64,000 nt of DNA, taken from Glaucostegus cemiculus (lineage: Eukaryota). Of the stretch, positions 61,891 to 64,000 are shown piece by piece. The stretch's first letter is position 1; each line of letters opens with the position of its first letter. The stretch covers positions 496,001-560,000 of the forward strand of contig CDPCPM010000022.1 in the NCBI GenBank assembly GCA_976551045.1, in the 5' to 3' direction. The translations under genes were made by a program, and so were the position numbers. The notes below the pieces were generated by a model. The model had not been told where the DNA came from and searched no databases. It saw only the letters and a list, made by a program, of their open reading frames with translations.

Positions 61891-64000
61891 ATACTCAAAA
61901 GATTAGGCAGCATTTGTTGAGAAAGAAAGGGCCAATGGCTAGTCAATGACTTTTCATCAAAAAAGTTAAGACAAAGTCATTTTCACTGTTGTACAGTGCT
62001 ATATCCTCTCCAAATTTCAACAATGCAAACAAAATCTGTAAAACATTTGTGTTAAGGAATATATGACTGTTAATTTAGCAATGAAAACTGTATTGTGTGC
62101 TTCTGATTGCAATATGCAAAGTAGTACTTAAAGGTACAGTTTATCACTACAAACATCAGTACTACACAAAGAAAAGAGTTTGGTTTATTTGTTGATCAAC
62201 AACTAGACCATAGATAAAATTCTCCAACTGATCCATTCATTTCAAATGCATAGATTATACAAGATCTGGCATAGATAAAATATCATATTGGTCTCTGTAG
62301 CAAAATATTTCAAGGTTCCTGAAAAATACATGTTATGTAACTAAAAGTAAGTGACATATGTGTAATTATTTGCATAACTACTCTGATAATGTGAAAACTC
62401 CTGGCTCACTTAATCAGCAGCAATGCTGCCTTGTACATTGGAACAAACTGGGACTAAAACCAATCTTTTTCTCTCTGCTTTCTCTTGATATCAACTTCTC
62501 CATCAACAACCATCTGATATAATACTGCTATTTCATATGTAACCATATTAGGCTATTTTATCCTGGGGTATTTCACTGTTAATTCCAGTTCTATACTTAC
62601 TTCAGGTTCGGAGATACACTTTCAGCAAAGACCTGGAACCATGAGTGAGGAATTGAAACTGGGACCAAGCAGGTCTCTGTGGTTCACTTAGATATAATCA
62701 GTGATCCATTAAATGCTTAATTAATCAGCATACATTTTGTAAGCGTAATCTATAAAAAGTAATATTTAATTTGATGTGGATTGTGACCCATTATTCACCA
62801 TTTTAACTACAGTACTGTTTAACATATTATTTAAAGTTGTCTCTTGAAGTTATATTAGAATTTAGGCCCTTCTATCCTTTAAGTACTTCCCAAAATCTGT
62901 TATGAATTGTTGAAAAGCATTTAAAGTAGTTTAGGTACAAGAAGTAAAAGAACAATGTATCTTAAGATCTACAAAATCAGGAAATGTTTTGTGAAATTTT
63001 GCTGTTGGATAAAAAAGAATGTACTTTTTATCTTGCATTAAATATTTACTGGTCTTCGTACATCCCAGGGTCATTTGTTAACCCTAAATTTCACAGTCAT
63101 TCTGTGTTCTCTCACAACCTCAGCAGTTAGCTTCAAAAACTGTGTACTGGGCATTCTGGCAAATCGCTATTACTCATCTGTCTCGTGGTAGTTTTGTTTC
63201 AAAACTGCTGTAGTTGGAAAATGGGGATTTTATCAGATCAGCAGTGTATAATGTCAGCACGTAGCTGAACAAAGGAGAGTAATGTAGGCTTTGACCATGT
63301 TTAAACATGGGATCCTCTGCAGTCATGTAAATACATGTTCAATTTAAAAAAAGTCACATTTTTGGGTTCAAATAAAAATATGACAAATGTTCACGCAGTA
63401 AGCGTGACAAGGTTGCTTAATCTGTGTAATTGGATCTGAAAAGACTCACAGTCTTAATTATCATGTATTGAATGAACTGGAATCTCAATGACCTGAAAAC
63501 ATACTTTCCTTCAGTCTTCCATCTTGATTTGTTTTAAAGTAGACAAAACTAAAGGTTCAATGTTTTTTAAATACAAAAATAACCTTTAATTGAAGCCCTA
63601 AAAGATAATGTGTAACAATATGTCTCTTTAGTAATACCAAAGAAAGCCTCTAACTTCATGATGGAGATGTACACAAGCAGAATGCACATGTTTAAGGACT
63701 ATAGATTATGGATGAAATACACAGTTCCAAAGTGTTTATCACACTTTAATGTTCTGGGCAGAAAAGCTAGAATGAATCCCAACACGAAAGTCTTTGCTGA
63801 AACTTGGGTGTAATGCTAAATCAAGTAAGATATAGTATAGGGCTTTCTTATCTCCTGATGGTGCCACAAAAATTCTTTGTGTTAAATATAATAAAGAATA
63901 TTTCAGGAACATTCCAGATGGTACCTCAGAACACGCTGGGAAGAAATTTGCTTTTGGTCATTGAGCTAAATGCACATAATGGTACTGGCTGGCAGTTATA

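Overview
Eukaryotic (vertebrate) genomic DNA, most likely a cartilaginous fish (ray/shark-type CR1, Penelope, Rex1 and V-SINE repeats; the taxon is an inference). The only credible protein-coding gene is the intronless SoxB1 gene sox2 (20879-21811, +, 310 aa), with recognisable promoter, 5'/3' UTRs and poly(A) signal. Around it lies a roughly 35 kb CpG-retaining, transposon-poor regulatory domain (~10-45 kb). The domain contains probable orthologues of the amniote Sox2 enhancers N2/SRR1, SRR2 and N1, several further motif-dense candidate conserved elements, and candidate Sox2ot-type lncRNA exons. The CpG-depleted flanks are packed with decayed and nested retroelements. I see no evidence of a wholly new biological system. 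The most interesting signals are (i) an apparent SRR2 pluripotency-enhancer orthologue with an intact octamer but a disrupted Sox half-site, (ii) Sox3-like residues in this Sox2, (iii) the sharp CpG/TE domain boundaries, and (iv) an RT-deleted CR1 with a 3x85-bp 5' array nested inside a Penelope element. Comparisons with mammalian/chicken sequences are from memory and need alignment. Repeat coordinates are approximate.
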